Assembly: GCA_963662945.1 (NCBI GenBank)
Contig: OY759974.1
Span: forward strand, 2,400,001 to 2,464,000
Reading direction: 5' to 3'
Origin: Arcobacteraceae bacterium
GTDB taxonomy: Bacteria > Campylobacterota > Campylobacteria > Campylobacterales > Arcobacteraceae
DNA length: 64,000 nucleotides
Of this stretch, positions 60,275 to 64,000 are shown in pieces. The first letter of the stretch is position 1, and each line of letters starts with the position of its first letter. Under the pieces are notes generated by a model. That model saw nothing but the letters and a program-made list of their open reading frames with translations. It was not told where the DNA came from and made no database searches. The position numbers and the translations under genes are program-made.

Positions 60275-61086
60275 TAGTATAAGATATATCTTACATATAT
60301 TTTTATTTGTGTAGGTTCTGTAGGTCGTGGATAATCTTTATAGGCTAATTGAATAGTTTCTACAGTATTTTGGTCAAGTGCTGTATAGTTTGAACTATCA
60401 GTTATTCGCACATTTGAGATATCTCCATTTGGATGGAGAATAAATTCAATGACATTTATACCACTTTGTCTTGTTTTGATAGAAAGTCCAGGATATACAA
60501 GATATCTTTGTGTTATCATACCGATACGGCTTAGGTTGTTTTTAATATATGTTTTTTGCTCTTTAGAGAAAGTAAAATAAGTATCTCCATAAAGTTTAAT
60601 ATAGTTTTGTGTTATTTGGTCAAGTTGTTTTATCTCTTGTATCTCTTTGTAAATCTCTTGATTTTGTTTCTCTCGCTCTTTTTTTTCCTCTTCCATTCGT
60701 TTTAAATCCTCTTTAGAAACAGTAAAAAAACTTTTTAAGTCTGGTTGTTGTGTTTTAGGAACTTGTATAGCTTTTGGCTTTGAAGTTTTTTGTGCAATAG
60801 GCTTTTTTACTGGCTTTTCAATTGGTTGTAAAATTTTCTTAACCTCTTTATTTATAGTTGGCTTTTGTTTTACAATAGGTTTTTCTTTTGGAGTTTCTGG
60901 TTTTAGTTTCACAAACTTTACACTTGAAAAACCTTTTTTTGGAGATGATTTTTTTTGTACATTTGTAGTAGGATATGTTAATTTCATATTTGCTATTTTT
61001 TTATTTATCAAATCAAATGCAATAAAATGGATGATAAGTGATATTATAAAAGCTGCTATAAGTGTGATAAAAATATTTTTTTTCAT
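60274..61086 (-). CDS. TonB-family energy transducer
   Basis: N-terminal TM with S..IH, K/P-rich linker and TonB_C (YP...SSNYTALD). Confidence 0.8.
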   Translation of the reverse strand: MKKNIFITLIAAFIISLIIHFIAFDLINKKIANMKLTYPTTNVQKKSSPKKGFSSVKFVKLKPETPKEKPIVKQKPTINKEVKKILQPIEKPVKKPIAQKTSKPKAIQVPKTQQPDLKSFFTVSKEDLKRMEEEKKEREKQNQEIYKEIQEIKQLDQITQNYIKLYGDTYFTFSKEQKTYIKNNLSRIGMITQRYLVYPGLSIKTRQSGINVIEFILHPNGDISNVRITDSSNYTALDQNTVETIQLAYKDYPRPTEPTQIKIYVRYILY

Positions 61087-61187
61087 ATTTGGTATTTTAT
61101 TGAAAACTAGATTAAAACACTATGTTTTAATTTTGATTTTGTAATGTTTTGATATAATCGCCTCAAATAAAATAGATAGGAAATATA

Positions 61188-62468
61188 ATGTTCGAAAAAA
61201 GTATACAAGCTTATGAAGATGCAAAAAAAGTTATTCCAGGAGGTGTTGATTCTCCAGTGCGAGCTTTTGGAGGAGTTATTGGAACACCAGCTTTTATAAA
61301 AAGAGGAGAGGGAAGTTTCATGTATGATATTGATGGGAATAAATATCTAGATTTCGTACAAAGCTGGGGACCACTTATATTTGGACATTGTGATAAAGAT
61401 ATAGAAAATTCTGTATTAGAAACAGTGAAAAATGGTCTTTCATTTGGAGCACCAACAGAACTTGAAACACAACTATCAAACGAAATAGTAGAGATGTTTG
61501 ATAACATCGACAAAGTAAGATTTGTATCAAGTGGAACTGAAGCAGTTATGAGTGCCATTAGATTAGCACGAGGTGTTACTGGGAAAAATGACATCGTAAA
61601 ATTTGAGGGAAATTATCATGGTCATAGTGATAGTTTACTAGTTGCAGCAGGAAGTGGTATGGCTACATTTGGTGCTCCTAGTTCTCCAGGTGTTCCAGCT
61701 GATTTAACAAAACATACACTACTTACAGAATACAATAATATTGCACAACTAGAAAAATGTTTTTCAGAGTCTAGTGATATAGCGTGTATCATCATAGAAC
61801 CAATAGCTGGAAATATGGGACTAGTTCCAGCAACGCAAGAGTTTTTAGCTAAGTGTAGAGAGCTATGTGATGCAAATGGTGCATTACTTATCTTTGATGA
61901 AGTTATGAGTGGATTTAGAGCTTCTTTAAAAGGTGCACAAGGGATAGTTTCTACTGTTCCAGATATTGTAACATTTGGTAAAGTTATCGGTGCTGGTATG
62001 CCTGTAGGTGCATTTGCTTCACGGCAAGAGATTATGTCACAACTAAGCCCAGAAGGGAAAATCTACCAAGCAGGAACACTAAGTGGAAATCCAGTAGCTA
62101 TGGCAGCTGGGTTAACAAGTCTAAAGAAACTAAAAGCAGATAAAGATATCTATACAAGACTCAATGCAAAAGCGGTCAAACTAACATCTGGACTAAAAGA
62201 GGTAGCTACAAAACACAACATCCCACTTCAAGTAGATACAAGAGGAAGTATGTTTGGATTTTTCTTCTGTGAAGATGCTCCATCAAATATGAAAGAGGTT
62301 GGGAAATGTGATTTTCCTAGATTTGCAAAGTTTCACAATGAGATGTTAAAAAGAGGTTTTTACTTCGCTTGTAGTCAATATGAAGCAGGATTTATTTGTG
62401 ATAGTATGACAGATGGGGATATTGACGCTACTATTAAAGCAGCTGATGAAGTTATGAAAAAATTATAG
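61188..62468 (+). CDS. hemL: Glutamate-1-semialdehyde 2,1-aminomutase
   Basis: [31 protein letters not shown] and AGTLSGNP. Confidence 0.97.
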   Translation: MFEKSIQAYEDAKKVIPGGVDSPVRAFGGVIGTPAFIKRGEGSFMYDIDGNKYLDFVQSWGPLIFGHCDKDIENSVLETVKNGLSFGAPTELETQLSNEIVEMFDNIDKVRFVSSGTEAVMSAIRLARGVTGKNDIVKFEGNYHGHSDSLLVAAGSGMATFGAPSSPGVPADLTKHTLLTEYNNIAQLEKCFSESSDIACIIIEPIAGNMGLVPATQEFLAKCRELCDANGALLIFDEVMSGFRASLKGAQGIVSTVPDIVTFGKVIGAGMPVGAFASRQEIMSQLSPEGKIYQAGTLSGNPVAMAAGLTSLKKLKADKDIYTRLNAKAVKLTSGLKEVATKHNIPLQVDTRGSMFGFFFCEDAPSNMKEVGKCDFPRFAKFHNEMLKRGFYFACSQYEAGFICDSMTDGDIDATIKAADEVMKKL

Positions 62469-62517
62469 AAAGTTCGTCAAGAATTATAGATAGTTTATTT
62501 AAAAAGAGGAAAGATAA

Positions 62518-63132
62518 TTGTATAAAAAGTTAGTGTTAAAGTCAGTTTCACTTTTTAGTATAATATTCTTATTCTCAGGGTGTTTTAACATAGGTGTTTC
62601 TACGGTAGAAACAGAATATCATATTTTAAAATATGAAGAATTATCTTCATTTTCATTATTGGATGATGTAGTTATTCCTAAAAATAGTTTTTTGCTCCCT
62701 AGGTGTTGTACTGCAAAACCTTTACAAAATAAAAAAGGTTATTTTAGATCAAATTATCCACCTAAAAAACATTATACAAAACAAGAATTTATTTCTTTTT
62801 GGGGATTGCCTGATAAAAAAGAGATAAAAGGAAAACTTGAATATTGGATTTATAATAGGGGATTGTCTTGGAATGGATTAACAGTTTGGTTAGTTTTACC
62901 TATTCCTATTTTAGTTCCTACAGGTTATAGAAAAACAACACTTATTTTTGAAAAAGATATTGCGAAATATAGTATTTTCGAAACAAGTAGAACACCTTTT
63001 TTAGGTTTGTTTATTCCTTTTGGATATAAGGCAGAGCTTGGTTTTGTTGATAGAATGGATCATGTATTTCGTAAAAAGTTTGAATTAAAATATGAAGATT
63101 CTTCAGATTATAAGATAGAGAAGATAAAATAA
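62518..63132 (+). CDS. Hypothetical lipoprotein
   Basis: Lipobox FSGC; SmpA-like WGLPD segment. Confidence 0.65.
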   Translation: MYKKLVLKSVSLFSIIFLFSGCFNIGVSTVETEYHILKYEELSSFSLLDDVVIPKNSFLLPRCCTAKPLQNKKGYFRSNYPPKKHYTKQEFISFWGLPDKKEIKGKLEYWIYNRGLSWNGLTVWLVLPIPILVPTGYRKTTLIFEKDIAKYSIFETSRTPFLGLFIPFGYKAELGFVDRMDHVFRKKFELKYEDSSDYKIEKIK

Positions 63133-63345
63133 GATAATAATTTTAAAAGGTTCCATCAAGTATTTCTAACTAAAAAAAGGGGACAGGTACAATAAAATAA
63201 AAAACCTTTCCTTATTCTACTCATTTTCTAAAATATGATGAATACTAAAAACTCATCACTTTAAACAAACACAACTAACCCACTTAAAGAAACAATATAT
63301 ATCATTTTGATAAAATAATGTATATTTTAAATATTGGAGTTTATT

Positions 63346-63396
63346 ATGACAGCACCAAAACAAGAGGCAAAAAAAATCATTGATTCATTTTTTTAG
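63346..63396 (+). pseudogene. Truncated N-terminus of a small antitoxin-like gene
   Basis: RBS GGAG, then MTAPKQEAKKIIDSFF*. It resembles the K.E...I.D.LP start of ParE-associated antitoxins but stops after 16 codons. Confidence 0.4.
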
Positions 63397-63411
63397 GTAT
63401 ATAAATTTCTA

Positions 63412-63480
63412 TTACTTCGGAATTGCAATAGTAAAACATACACCATCTTTCATATTCTCAACTGATAGTTTTCCATATAT
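63412..63480 (-). pseudogene. Remnant C-terminus of a histidine kinase (HATPase_c)
   Basis: Reads YGKLSVENMKDGVCFTIAIPK*, like the ends of intact kinases here (HGKLYVKNTENGAKFFIELP). In-frame stop upstream at 63493-95. Confidence 0.6.
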
Positions 63481-63606
63481 GTACAAGATACTTTATAATA
63501 AAAGATTTAAAATAAAATAGGATTAGGCATAAATTATCTATAAATTAACTGGTTAAAAAGAAATTTTTCTTATATACTTTTTCTATAAAATAAAAAGGAA
63601 AATATT

Positions 63607-64000
63607 ATGAGTCAACAAATAGATAGTAAGGTAGCCATAGTGACTGGTGCATCAAAAGGAATAGGAAAGCAAGTTGTTATTCAATTAGGAAGATTGGGAA
63701 TAACTACAGTTATAAATTATAATTCAAATGAAAAAGAAGCCCAAGAAATAGTAGATGAAATTATTTTTGATGGTGGGAAAGCTCTAGCTTTACAAGCAGA
63801 TATATCTAAAATTAATGCACTAGAAAAACTTTTTGAGCAAACAATTAAAATCTATGGAAAAGTAAATATTCTTATTAATAATGCAGGATTAATGATAAAT
63901 CATCCAATAGCAAATGTTAGCGAAGAAGAGTTTGATAGACAAATTGCAGTCAATGTAAAAGGGACTTTTTTTGCCTGTCAACAAGCTATGAAACATATGG
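63607..64000 (+). CDS. Short-chain dehydrogenase/reductase (3'-truncated by window edge)
   Basis: MSQQIDSKVAIVTGASKGIG...LINNAG; not in the ORF track because it lacks a stop. Confidence 0.9.
   Translation, partial: MSQQIDSKVAIVTGASKGIGKQVVIQLGRLGITTVINYNSNEKEAQEIVDEIIFDGGKALALQADISKINALEKLFEQTIKIYGKVNILINNAGLMINHPIANVSEEEFDRQIAVNVKGTFFACQQAMKHM

Overview
AT-rich chromosomal window from a Campylobacterota bacterium, probably Arcobacteraceae-like. This is inferred from gene content and order (oorBC, futalosine-pathway decarboxylase, many two-component systems), not from a database search. Most of it is housekeeping or metabolic: oorB/oorC, valS, purU, trmL, murF, metE, topA, tkt, tpx, a TRAP transporter, eptA-PAP2-dgkA, htpG, hisS and hemL. 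It also carries a sulfide:quinone oxidoreductase-like module and a MarR-controlled dioxygenase/pirin operon. The standout is an accessory island between tkt and tpx (about 34.4-39.3 kb). It holds an integron-type cassette array on the minus strand: a Pc-like promoter, an attI-like site and four single-gene cassettes, each closed by an attC hairpin whose R'' box matches that cassette's own 5' core site. No integrase gene is present in the window. Cargo includes a HEPN-motif protein and an ADP-ribosyltransferase-like protein (candidate anti-phage or toxin functions). Other notable items: an uncalled 46-aa hyperacidic peptide gene behind a stand-alone Mrr, a Cys-rich leader ORF with a near-terminal HPP upstream of metE, a conserved 11-bp-repeat promoter module for a 7TM-DISM two-component system, a CIRCE-like box before htpG, several apparently leaderless genes and a decayed scar near the right end. 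All functional calls come from motif recognition by eye.
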